A DNA stretch of 64,000 nucleotides from Eubacteriales bacterium (GTDB lineage: Bacteria; Bacillota; Clostridia; Oscillospirales; CAG-272), in NCBI GenBank assembly GCA_045545665.1, contig JAZQBL010000049.1, positions 4,631-68,630 of the forward strand, given 5' to 3'. Each line of letters begins with the position of its first letter. The first letter of the stretch is position 1. Below are positions 46,096-54,996 of this stretch, in pieces. The translations under genes and the position numbers were made by a program. Under the pieces are notes generated by a model that worked only from the letters and a program-made list of their open reading frames with translations, made no database searches and was not told the origin of the DNA.

Positions 46096-46821
46096 ATGTC
46101 AAAGTACACGACGGGAGAAATTGCCAAGCTTTGCGGTGTATCTGTAAGAACGGTACAGTACTACGATTCAAGAAACATTCTTTCTCCGAGTGAGCTTTCC
46201 GAAGGCGGCAGACGGCTTTATTCCGAGGATGACGTAAAGCGGATGCACATTATTTGCTTTCTTCGTGAAGCAGGTCTTTCGATAAACAGTATCGGCGAGC
46301 TGTTTGAAGACGAGCATCCGAAAAAGATAATATCCGTTATTCTGGAACAGCACGAGCTGCAACTCAAAAAAGAGATAGAGGAAGGCGAAAAAAAGCTCGG
46401 TATTGTGGAAAGAGTAAAGCGGGAATTGAAAGAAGTTGAAAATTTCTCCGTTGAATCTATCGGTGATATAGCGTACAGTATGAAACGAAAAGACAAACTC
46501 AGAAAAATGAGGCTGTTCATGATCTTAAGCGGTATTCCCATAACCGCACTGCAGTGGGTGTCCATTATACTCTGGATAACCAAAGGCTTCTGGTGGCTGT
46601 TCGTCATTTGGGCGTGTATTGCAATACCGTGGGGAATTGCCGTGTCCGTTTATTATTTCAACCACGTCGCTTACATCTGTCCTGAATGCCACGAGGTTTT
46701 TAAACCGAGATTTAAAGAGGCATTCTTTGCGTATCACACACCGAAAATGCGTAAACTCACCTGCCCTAAGTGCGGCAGAGTCGGATTGTGCGTTGAAGTA
46801 TACGCAGAAAAAGAAAAATAA
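46096..46821 (+). CDS. MerR-family regulator fused to two TM helices and a C-terminal 4-Cys zinc-ribbon
   Basis: HTH YTTGEIAKLCGVSVRTVQYYDSRNIL..GGRRLYSEDDV, a coiled-coil linker, two hydrophobic helices, then CPEC..(x28)..CPKC. ATG 46096 follows RBS AAGGAGG. Confidence 0.85.
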   Translation: MSKYTTGEIAKLCGVSVRTVQYYDSRNILSPSELSEGGRRLYSEDDVKRMHIICFLREAGLSINSIGELFEDEHPKKIISVILEQHELQLKKEIEEGEKKLGIVERVKRELKEVENFSVESIGDIAYSMKRKDKLRKMRLFMILSGIPITALQWVSIILWITKGFWWLFVIWACIAIPWGIAVSVYYFNHVAYICPECHEVFKPRFKEAFFAYHTPKMRKLTCPKCGRVGLCVEVYAEKEK

Positions 46822-46836
46822 GCTTCAGTAAAACGA

Positions 46837-46878
46837 AGATCCCTGCTTTGATTATCTGTCAAAGCAGGGATCTTTTGT
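46837..46878 (+). terminator. rho-independent terminator
   Basis: agatccctgctttg / caaagcagggatct 14-bp stem followed by TTTTG. Confidence 0.7.
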
Positions 46879-46906
46879 AATTTTTAAAACGGTTTTCAAA
46901 TATACA

Positions 46907-47158
46907 TTACTGTACGAGATGACGGAGCGCTTCAAGACACTCAGGGCATATAAGCTTGCCCTTGTAATAAGAAACGCTTTCGGCGTTTCCGCAGAAAATA
47001 CAAGCGGGAAAATATTTTTTAAGGATAATCTTGTTGTCTTCTGTGAAGATCTCGACTGCATCCTTCGTGTCGATACCCATTGTTTTTCTGATCTCTATGG
47101 GAAGAACTATTCTTCCAAGCTCGTCAATCTTTCTTACTATACCGGTTGATTTCATCAT
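46907..47158 (-). CDS. abrB: AbrB-family transition-state regulator (clostridial type with a C-terminal CxxC..CxxC)
   Basis: MKSTGIVRKIDELGRIVLPIEIRKTMGI..DAVEIF.. is near-identical in pattern to the AbrB/SpoVT SpoVT-AbrB domain. Tail is CIFCG..CPEC. Confidence 0.9.
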   Translation of the reverse strand: MMKSTGIVRKIDELGRIVLPIEIRKTMGIDTKDAVEIFTEDNKIILKKYFPACIFCGNAESVSYYKGKLICPECLEALRHLVQ

Positions 47159-47310
47159 AACGTTTACCCCCATTTATGAAATTATATTATGTATCCTATG
47201 TTAAAAATATAACAAATTTAAGCTTTTATTTGAATAGGAAAAAAGAACATAAAATAGGATACAAATGAAATAATGGAAATTAATAACACGTATATGTCGT
47301 AATTTGTCGA

Positions 47311-47898
47311 ATGGATAGGCTGTATATGATAGGAATAATTTTTGCTGTAATGGTACTTTCTTCGCTTGCTTTTGCAATACCGTGCGGAAATGCAAATGCA
47401 CTTGCAAATGCTGTTTTTGATGGTGCATCATCTGCTGTGAGCCTTACTGTAACGCTTATATCCGTAATGTGTCTTTGGTGCGGAATAATGAACGTATTTG
47501 AAAAAAAGGGACTTATAAAAAAGTTTTCACACCTCATCTCACCCATACTGCGTATCGTTTTTCCCGATGCTTACAAAAAGGGACTGTGCGACGAAATATC
47601 GCTTAATATAAGTGCAAACGTGCTGGGCATGGGCAACGCCGCAACACCGTTCGGAATATCGGCGATGAAGCACCTCAACTCTTTAAATCCCACCCCTTTA
47701 CGCGCAAGCGACGATATGGTAATGCTTGCGGTGCTGAATACGGCAAGCGTTGACCTTTTTCCCGCAACCCTTATAGCTTTAAGGCAAAGCGCAGGCGCTG
47801 AAACCGTGTACGAAATAATAATACCGACTGCTGTAACCTCTTTCATCACCGTCGTATTCGCTGTCGTGATTACAAAAATATTTTCTCGGGTGTTTTAA
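47311..47898 (+). CDS. spmA: spore maturation protein A (nucleoside-recognition/Gate domain)
   Basis: Membrane protein with ..NVLGMGNAATPFGI.AM. and a TAATG stop/start overlap with spmB. The start could instead be ATG 47326. Confidence 0.85.
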   Translation: MDRLYMIGIIFAVMVLSSLAFAIPCGNANALANAVFDGASSAVSLTVTLISVMCLWCGIMNVFEKKGLIKKFSHLISPILRIVFPDAYKKGLCDEISLNISANVLGMGNAATPFGISAMKHLNSLNPTPLRASDDMVMLAVLNTASVDLFPATLIALRQSAGAETVYEIIIPTAVTSFITVVFAVVITKIFSRVF

Positions 47899-48416
47899 TG
47901 GAGCTTTTTTCATATCTTGTTATCCCCGTACTTCTTTCTGTTATGGGAATAATTTTTCTGTTTGATAAAAACGCATACGATGATTTTGTAAAGGGAGCAC
48001 AAAATGGCTTGAAAACCGCCATATCACTTCTGCCGTCTTTTATTTTGCTGCTGATAGGAATAGGGATGTTTACATCCTCGGGTGCTGTTGATATCATATG
48101 CTCGTTTGTTTCTCCCGTACTTGAAAAACTCGGAGTCCCGAAGGAAATAACACCGTTGCTTATTTTACGCCCCGTATCCGGTTCAGGTTCACTTGCTATG
48201 GCAAACGAGCTGTTCGGTAAGTATTCACCAGACAGCTTTGCTTGCCTTGCGGCATCGGTTATTATGGGTTCCTCAGATACGCTTGTGTACGTTTTATCCG
48301 TTTATTTTTCATCGGCAGGCGTTAAAAAAACACGGCACGCTTTTTTGTGTGCATTTTTGACGATGGTATTTTGTATATTTCTTTCCTGCTTTGTATGCCG
48401 TATATTTTTTTCATAA
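47898..48416 (+). CDS. spmB: spore maturation protein B
   Basis: Second Gate-domain half (..RP.SGSGSLAM..) following spmA. Confidence 0.85.
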   Translation: MELFSYLVIPVLLSVMGIIFLFDKNAYDDFVKGAQNGLKTAISLLPSFILLLIGIGMFTSSGAVDIICSFVSPVLEKLGVPKEITPLLILRPVSGSGSLAMANELFGKYSPDSFACLAASVIMGSSDTLVYVLSVYFSSAGVKKTRHAFLCAFLTMVFCIFLSCFVCRIFFS

Positions 48417-48449
48417 CGGCAAATGATAACAATGGAAAGGACGGTTTAT

Positions 48450-48590
48450 ATGAAAAATAATAAAAAAGTGAAAAAAGTGATACAAGCATATAAAAGCGCA
48501 GGGGATAAAACGGATCCCGACGGCTCTTATACGGGTATTCGCCGTGATGATACCGAGGCACGTCCCGTGCAGGATGCGGACGATCTTTGA
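48450..48590 (+). CDS. candidate 46-aa small protein (below the ORF-track cutoff)
   Basis: ATG 48450 lies 8 nt after GGAAAGGA. Translation is MKNNKKVKKVIQAYKSAGDKTDPDGSYTGIRRDDTEARPVQDADDL. The DP.GSYTG...P.QDADDL ending looks familiar from small clostridial proteins, but that memory is unverified. Confidence 0.35.
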   Translation: MKNNKKVKKVIQAYKSAGDKTDPDGSYTGIRRDDTEARPVQDADDL

Positions 48591-48591
48591 A

Positions 48592-49098
48592 TCATAAAGA
48601 TTTTTTTATCTTTTCGAGTGCCGCTTTTTCTATTCTCGATACCTGCGCCTGGCTTATTCCTATTTCGTCGGCGATCTCCATCTGAGTTTTGCCGTTGAAA
48701 AAACGAAGATCGACAACTGAACGTTCACGCACGTTCAGTTTTTTTAATGCTTCTATAAGTGCAAGATTTTCTATCCAGGCGCCTTCTGTGCAATTTTCAT
48801 CCCTTATCTGATCCATTATGCACATTCCTTCACCGTCGGCGTCGGAAAATATCGGATCGTACATAGAAATGGGATCTGATATAGCTTCAAGCGCGTTTGA
48901 CACATCGCTTTCTTTTTCTCCGAGGTGGGAGGCAATTTGTGATATGGTCGGCTCGCACACGTTTTTTTTAGTAAGCTCGTCACGTGCAACGAGCGCTTTG
49001 TACGCAAGATCCCTCACGCTTCTGCTCACTCTTACGGCGTTGTTATCACGCAAATACCGCCTTATTTCACCTATTATCATCGGCACGATCGTTACAAA
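48592..49098 (-). pseudogene. sigG: 5'-truncated sporulation sigma factor sigma-G (regions 2.4-4.2 only)
   Basis: ..VPMIIGEIRRYLRDNNAVRVSRSVRDLAYKAL..DPISMYDPIF..RFFNGKTQMEIADEIGISQAQVSRIEKAALEKIK tracks B. subtilis SigG from about residue 95 to the end. In-frame upstream sequence is a terminator T-run and then a TGA, so no regions 1.2-2.3 are present. Confidence 0.75.
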
Positions 49099-49099
49099 G

Positions 49100-49136
49100 A
49101 AAAATAAAAAAACACCGACGGATCTCTCCGTCGGTA
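49100..49136 (-). terminator. rho-independent terminator of 49140-50462, abutting the sigG fragment
   Basis: The minus strand reads accgacgg-agagat-ccgtcggt followed by GTTTTTTTATTTTT. Confidence 0.8.
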
Positions 49137-49139
49137 CTG

Positions 49140-50462
49140 TTATTCACTTAAAAGCAGTTTTTCCGTTGTTCTTTCGCTGATTAGCTGTATCACGTAATCG
49201 GGAGTTTTTTCCTCTACTATATCGTAATCAAGTGCATACGTCCATATCGGTTGACACGTGAGGGATGAAAAATGCTCGGCAATAAACTGTATTGCATTAA
49301 GACCGTACGAATCAAAGATGAATATCCCTCGGGGAAGAGAAGGATCGTCTATTTCGGTCGTAGATGTTTTATCGTCAAAGAACTCGTTTGTGAAATTCCA
49401 GATGTACGCCTCCTCCTTTTTTGCCTTGTCGTAAGGAGAAAGGGGAGTGTATCTGCTCATAAGAAACGGTGCATTTTCAAATACGCCCATATTTTCAATA
49501 TCGGCATACGTCATCATATCGGTGTAATTCAAGGTGACGTTTTTGATATCGTAATCCGAAAGCGGATGCGCCGAGGCGTTCGGGAATTTCTTTGCAACAA
49601 CGTTCATTATTTCAGCATACGCATAGTATGCACCAAGCTCTGTCCAGTGTGTGTCGAGGTTATAATATATTTTTTCATCCTTGTGGGAAGATAAAATATC
49701 CGTCATATCGATAACGGTAACACCGTCAATACCGCTTAATGCTTCTTTTGCCTGCTTGATGGAAGAATTATCCGAAACGATGTTTTCTTTCATTTCATCC
49801 GGCAAGCCTTCGCTGTATATTGCAGTTGAATTTGGAACGATAACGTAAATTATCTCAACGTCTTTACCTGATTTTTCTTTTGCCTTTTGTACACGTTTTT
49901 TTGCAAGACTTTTTATAAGCAGAAGCTCGTTTTCATTAAAGAGATTGGTGTGATAAAGATCGCCGAGATCCGAATTCTGGCATATTCTGGAGTCGTTTGT
50001 TATAAATATCTCTCTGTTTTTTGCACCTCGGATGTATTTTGCATCGACACGTGCGGCGTCGCTTTCATCCTTGCCCGACACGGTTGCCGTAACTGAAAGC
50101 GTATCCGATCTTCGGTCTTCCAGAGTAACTGCAAAAACGAAGCTTCCACCGTCGGAGGTTATGTCAAAGGGTTCGGTATATTCGCCTTTTACGCTTATTA
50201 CAGAGGATTCTTCGCACGCACCCGCCACGAGAACGACGTCACTTTCTATATTCTTCGTGACTATAATGAGCGGCGGCGACGTTACCTCGTCTGACGTCGG
50301 TGCAACGGTCGTCGGTGTAAAAACGGTTTCATTATCCGTTATACTGTCAGAAGTGCTGTACGACGTGCCCGAAAGCTCTGTATTTTCGTTACTTGTATCG
50401 GCGGTACAGGAAGACGTTGTAATTGCAGCGAATACAAGCAACGCCGAAAGAATTTTTTTCAT
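49140..50462 (-). CDS. lipoprotein with an S/T-rich linker, an Ig-like module and an AlgX/AlgJ-type SGNH (DHHW-like) domain, a putative polysaccharide O-acetyltransferase/esterase
   Basis: Signal peptide ending TTSSC. NLDTHWTELGAYYAYAEIMN (D-x-H-W motif, nt about 49637-49660). Paralogue of 54997-56481. Confidence 0.75.
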   Translation of the reverse strand: MKKILSALLVFAAITTSSCTADTSNENTELSGTSYSTSDSITDNETVFTPTTVAPTSDEVTSPPLIIVTKNIESDVVLVAGACEESSVISVKGEYTEPFDITSDGGSFVFAVTLEDRRSDTLSVTATVSGKDESDAARVDAKYIRGAKNREIFITNDSRICQNSDLGDLYHTNLFNENELLLIKSLAKKRVQKAKEKSGKDVEIIYVIVPNSTAIYSEGLPDEMKENIVSDNSSIKQAKEALSGIDGVTVIDMTDILSSHKDEKIYYNLDTHWTELGAYYAYAEIMNVVAKKFPNASAHPLSDYDIKNVTLNYTDMMTYADIENMGVFENAPFLMSRYTPLSPYDKAKKEEAYIWNFTNEFFDDKTSTTEIDDPSLPRGIFIFDSYGLNAIQFIAEHFSSLTCQPIWTYALDYDIVEEKTPDYVIQLISERTTEKLLLSE

Positions 50463-50469
50463 ATTTATA

Positions 50470-52155
50470 TTATATGTTCATTATTATGGGAAGTATCATC
50501 GGTCTGCGCTTCGTTTTCTGATATACGTATTTTGCAAGATCGTCTTTTATTTTGTTTTTGATCTGTGCAAAATCGGAAATACCGTTTTCGAAACAAGCTT
50601 CAAGAACGTAGAATGCACTTTCCTTAAGCTCATCCATAAGCTCTTCGGATTCTCTTACGTATACAAAGCCGCGTGAAACGATGTCAGGCCCTGCTATAAC
50701 AAGCTGTTCTTCCATCTGAAGCGTCATTACAACGATTATTATGCCGTCTTCTGCCAGATGGCGTCTGTCACGAAGTACGATGCTTCCGACATCTCCGACG
50801 CCGTATCCGTCAACAAGTATCTTTCCGGAAGGAACGGTGCCGTTGAAGCGTGCGCCTTCTTCATCAATTTCAAGAACCTTGCCTATTTCGGATAAAAAGA
50901 TGTTTTCTTCTTTTTCGCCCATCTGCATTGCAAGCTCTTTGTGGTTTACAAGATGGCGGTATTCACCGTGTATCGGCATAAAATATTTAGGACGTGTAAG
51001 TGCGTGCATCGTTTTAAGCTCTTCTCTGCAAGCGTGGCCCGAAACGTGAACGTCTGCAACGGCATCGTGAAGGACCGTTACACCCTTTTTAAACAGCTCG
51101 TTTATTATTTTGTTTACGAATTTTTCGTTACCGGGAATAGCATTTGCGGATATGATAACGACGTCGTTTTCGTTAAGCTCCACTTTATCGTGTTCGGAAA
51201 ACGCCATACGGTAAAGGGCTGACATAGGCTCGCCCTGGCTTCCCGTAGATACGATGGTAAGCTGTTCGGGCTTATATTTCTTGATCTCCGAAATATCTAT
51301 AAGCGTACCTTCCTCGGCGTGCATATATCCCAGACGGATGGCAACGTTTACGACGTTTACCATGCTTCTGCCCGTTATCGCAACCTTGCGTCCGTATTTT
51401 TCGGCAGCGTAGATTATCTGCTGAACACGGTGTACATTTGAGGAAAACGTAGCGATAGTTATGCGTTTGTCAGCGTGTCTGAAAAATATGTTGTCAAGCG
51501 ATGCGCCGACTTTTCTTTCGGAAGGAGTATATCCGGGACGTTCCGCATTTGTGGATTCGCACATAAGAAGGAGAACGCCTTCGTTTCCAAGCTCACCCAA
51601 ACGTGTAAGGTTCATCATCTTGCTTTCGATGGGGGTGAGGTCTATTTTGAAGTCACCGGAATGGATTATAGTTCCGAGAGGTGTCTTTATCGCAAGGCAC
51701 GCCGCATCGGCTATTGAGTGGTTTACGTTTATAAATTCAACGCTGAAGGCTGTGCCGAGTTTTATCGTATCACCCGTGTTTACCGAAATGAGTTCGGGAA
51801 TTATATCAAACGTGTGTTCGGAAAGCTTCTTTTCCAAAATTCCTATCGTAAGCGGTGTTCCGTATACGGGAGGAGATATCTGTTTTAAAATGTAGGGAAG
51901 TGCGCCTATGTGGTCTTCGTGTCCGTGCGTCAGAACGATTCCCGTGATTTTTTCGTAATTTTTTTCGAGGTAAGTTATATCGGGGATGACAAGATCGACA
52001 CCCGGCATATCTTCTTCGGGAAATCCGAGTCCGCAGTCTACTATCATCATTTCATCGCCGTATTCTATAACGGCGAGATTTTTGCCTATTTCATAAAGAC
52101 CTCCGAGCATCATAACTCTGAGTTTTTCTGTATTTTTATTTTTTCTTTTTGACAT
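50470..52155 (-). CDS. rnj: ribonuclease J
   Basis: Metallo-beta-lactamase motif VLTHGHEDHIGALPY, beta-CASP and C-terminal domains, 561 aa. Confidence 0.95.
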   Translation of the reverse strand: MSKRKNKNTEKLRVMMLGGLYEIGKNLAVIEYGDEMMIVDCGLGFPEEDMPGVDLVIPDITYLEKNYEKITGIVLTHGHEDHIGALPYILKQISPPVYGTPLTIGILEKKLSEHTFDIIPELISVNTGDTIKLGTAFSVEFINVNHSIADAACLAIKTPLGTIIHSGDFKIDLTPIESKMMNLTRLGELGNEGVLLLMCESTNAERPGYTPSERKVGASLDNIFFRHADKRITIATFSSNVHRVQQIIYAAEKYGRKVAITGRSMVNVVNVAIRLGYMHAEEGTLIDISEIKKYKPEQLTIVSTGSQGEPMSALYRMAFSEHDKVELNENDVVIISANAIPGNEKFVNKIINELFKKGVTVLHDAVADVHVSGHACREELKTMHALTRPKYFMPIHGEYRHLVNHKELAMQMGEKEENIFLSEIGKVLEIDEEGARFNGTVPSGKILVDGYGVGDVGSIVLRDRRHLAEDGIIIVVMTLQMEEQLVIAGPDIVSRGFVYVRESEELMDELKESAFYVLEACFENGISDFAQIKNKIKDDLAKYVYQKTKRRPMILPIIMNI

Positions 52156-52331
52156 TATTTCTCCTTTGTTCCAATTAATGTAAATTTATTGCGCGCAAAA
52201 AGGTATGTAACACCGACCGGGAAAAAATACGTTTCTCGGCGGCATATATTGATTTTTATCACGAACACATTAAGTTACAGCTATTATATCACGTGTATAT
52301 AGAATAATACCCCGATTTTTATAAACATTTT

Positions 52332-54563
52332 TTAAATATTGAGCTTTTTGATTATTTCCCCGACGATATCACGCGCGGCGCTTGCCGTATAAGCTTCGGT
52401 GATTATTCTGAATCCTCCGTCGTCGGAGCCTACAGTCGATACGGCACTCGGATTTTTTACTATTACACCGTCACCGTATATGCGCTGTGCTGCAATATTT
52501 TCTTCGTAAAGACTCGAAAGAGACGATGCACGTTTTTCTTTCGGTACTTTTATTCTGTCCTCACGTACGAAAAACGGCCTTATCATACTTTCAGCCGATA
52601 TTAAAGAAAGTGATCTGTTGTGCAAGATCGACAACAGCTTTACTGCCGCACAGAGAGGGTCGGAATTATACATATTTGAATAAAAATTTTCACGTATCTC
52701 ATTATCTTCACGAAGCTCCGAAAAAGGACTTTCAAGATAATATCCGTATTTTATGCCTCGGCTTTTTGCTATCTCCTCGTATATCGGAATATCGTAATAT
52801 GAAAGGGAAAGAGTACCTAACTTTTCTTTGTCTTCAAGTGCGGTTATCATAGCACGTACGTGATATTTGTCGGTCGTATGAAGCTTTCCGTCTTTGTTTT
52901 GGCTTACCTTCAGTGAATCGCCGTTTTCATCTATATCGACACAGAAATATTCATCGCTGTCGGGAGAAGTATATTCGTACACCTCCGCACCGAGAGAGGA
53001 AAGAACGTCACCGAGAAAACGCGCGCACCTCGTGTGAGATATTATTATTTTCATTCCTTGAAGATCTCCGCCTTCTTTTCTTAGGGCGCACTTGTAAAGC
53101 TCATCTGCACCGTTTACGTATTCCGTTTCAAATATATCGGACGGGGTGGGAAAATCTCTTGAGAAAAAGAGATCTTCTATCTGACCTTCAAGCTTTCCTT
53201 TTATTTTTAGCCCGTCTTTGTCACGGAAAATTATACGTATATCCGAATCACTTGAATCCCTTTTTATAAAAACCGTAACGTCGAGCTTGTAGTACTTGTT
53301 TATATAGTTTGCCATACTGTAAAATCCCGCACCGAAATTCATACATTTTCCGCCGCAGCATTTTACACCGCAGGTGAATATTTCAGCTGCATTTGATGAA
53401 ACGACACCGCCGTCGTGCATGATACCCACTTTTTTTACAAGGCTTCCCAAAGCCATGCCGACAGCGCATATTCCGTCTGCCCCAATAGATGAATAAAAAT
53501 TGCAGGATATTCCGTCAACACCGAAAAGACTGCCTTTTTTAATAATATTTCTCATTATTTTTTCTCCTGTTACCGTTTGCCCTGTCGGAATTACTGTGTT
53601 TTCGCAAAGCGTTATACCGCGTTTGATGATGCTGTCGGCGCCTATTACGCACCCGTCGGGTATCCGCACGCCGTCTTCAATTATGACACCTTTGCATACC
53701 GTGCTTGAAGTTATGCTTACCCCTGCACCGATTTTGACGTTGTCATGTATAACGCTTTTGCAAATGCTTGTATTTTCACCGACAGAAACACTGTCCGTTA
53801 TTACACTTCCGTATATTCCGTGATATTGCGGAAGATAGACACCCAAAGAGTATTTTCCTTCAAGTGCTTCGATATTGCATTTTCTGTATTCTTCAAGATT
53901 TCCGATATCACACCAATTTCCGCAGGCGTTATATGAAAACAGACGTTTTCCTTCCTGTAACAGCTTTGGAAAAAGATCTCGGCTGAAATCAAATACCGTG
54001 TTATCGGGAACGTATTTCAGTATTTCCTTTTTTATGACGTATATTCCCGTGTTTATTTTGTCTGAAAAAATTTCACCTGCAGAAGGCTTTTCGGCAAATT
54101 TTACGATCTTCCCGGAACTATCCGACAGCACGATACCGTACAGCGAAGGAAACGGAGTCTTTGCACATACAATAGTTATATCGGCATTGTTTTTTCTGTG
54201 AAAATCATATATTTCGTTAAGGTCGTAATCCCATATTCCGTCACCCGATACCACGATAAATTCATCACTTAAATAATCTTCGCACGCCTTTACGCCGCCT
54301 GCCGTTCCCAAAGGCACGTCTTCTGTGTAATACTTTAAATTTACACCGGCATAGCAGTCGGAAAAAGTATTTTTTATCATATCGGGCATATATTTAAGCG
54401 TCACGGCGGCATCGTTTATTCCGTATTTGCAAAGATTTCTGATGATGTGCGCCATTACAGGCTCATTTAAGACAGGCACCAACGGCTTCGGCATAATGTC
54501 AGTTATAGGTTTTAAACGTGTACCGAATCCTCCTGCCATAATTACAGCTTTTATTCCGTTCAT
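52332..54563 (-). CDS. sugar-1-phosphate nucleotidyltransferase, left-handed beta-helix, and a phosphohexomutase-like C-terminal region
   Basis: N-terminus is AVIMAGGFGTRLKPITD..PKPLVPV. Hexapeptide repeats span about aa 250-330. The C-terminal 400 aa resemble the PGM/PMM fold, but I cannot find the T/S-A-S-H-N-P active-site loop. Confidence 0.8.
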   Translation of the reverse strand: MNGIKAVIMAGGFGTRLKPITDIMPKPLVPVLNEPVMAHIIRNLCKYGINDAAVTLKYMPDMIKNTFSDCYAGVNLKYYTEDVPLGTAGGVKACEDYLSDEFIVVSGDGIWDYDLNEIYDFHRKNNADITIVCAKTPFPSLYGIVLSDSSGKIVKFAEKPSAGEIFSDKINTGIYVIKKEILKYVPDNTVFDFSRDLFPKLLQEGKRLFSYNACGNWCDIGNLEEYRKCNIEALEGKYSLGVYLPQYHGIYGSVITDSVSVGENTSICKSVIHDNVKIGAGVSITSSTVCKGVIIEDGVRIPDGCVIGADSIIKRGITLCENTVIPTGQTVTGEKIMRNIIKKGSLFGVDGISCNFYSSIGADGICAVGMALGSLVKKVGIMHDGGVVSSNAAEIFTCGVKCCGGKCMNFGAGFYSMANYINKYYKLDVTVFIKRDSSDSDIRIIFRDKDGLKIKGKLEGQIEDLFFSRDFPTPSDIFETEYVNGADELYKCALRKEGGDLQGMKIIISHTRCARFLGDVLSSLGAEVYEYTSPDSDEYFCVDIDENGDSLKVSQNKDGKLHTTDKYHVRAMITALEDKEKLGTLSLSYYDIPIYEEIAKSRGIKYGYYLESPFSELREDNEIRENFYSNMYNSDPLCAAVKLLSILHNRSLSLISAESMIRPFFVREDRIKVPKEKRASSLSSLYEENIAAQRIYGDGVIVKNPSAVSTVGSDDGGFRIITEAYTASAARDIVGEIIKKLNI

Positions 54564-54695
54564 ATTATATGAATACCTTTCTGTTAAGTTCGGGTTTATA
54601 TTGCACCAAACAAAGGTAATTTATTCAAAAAAAGACTGTGAGTGAATAAAAATGCCGTTTATGACTACAATTTTCTAAAAAAAGGAGAAACGTTT

Positions 54696-54983
54696 ATGGT
54701 GAGGGGTACACAAAGAAAAGTGATAGTTGTAAAGGACACGAAAAGCGGAATATTCGACGAGGCGTATTTTATAGTAAAAAACAGCGCAGACAGCGCACAT
54801 CTTACAACGTCCGATATGGTCTCGGAAGCCGACAGAATAATATCAAGTTGCGCTTTGGGCGGATATACAAACGAAAAAAAAGAGTCCGAGAAATATCTCA
54901 GACCCTTGTGGTTTTTTGTTGGCGTTTTGTGTTGCGACGTGTTTTTATCGGCAGTCCTTGCCCTCGTTTCGTTTTATTTGTAA
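54696..54983 (+). CDS. small C-terminally membrane-anchored protein of unknown function
   Basis: ATG follows AAAGGAG. MVRGTQRKVIVVKDTKSGIFDEAYFIV.. plus a C-terminal TM helix. Confidence 0.55.
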   Translation: MVRGTQRKVIVVKDTKSGIFDEAYFIVKNSADSAHLTTSDMVSEADRIISSCALGGYTNEKKESEKYLRPLWFFVGVLCCDVFLSAVLALVSFYL

Positions 54984-54996
54984 AGTATATCTGATG

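Noticed and set aside
50032-50676. 214-aa plus-strand ORF, plus other S/T/A-rich antisense ORFs at 8064-8414, 59359-59787 and 56180-56374.
   Set aside because: These are antisense shadows of S/T-rich linkers or coiled-coil regions in well-supported genes on the other strand.
52156-52331. Considered the 176-nt region upstream of rnj as a possible structured regulatory leader.
   Set aside because: I found only a TG-n-TATAAT-like -10 element and weak, imperfect pairings (gccgccgag / cccggtcgg). Nothing can be supported without folding or covariation analysis.
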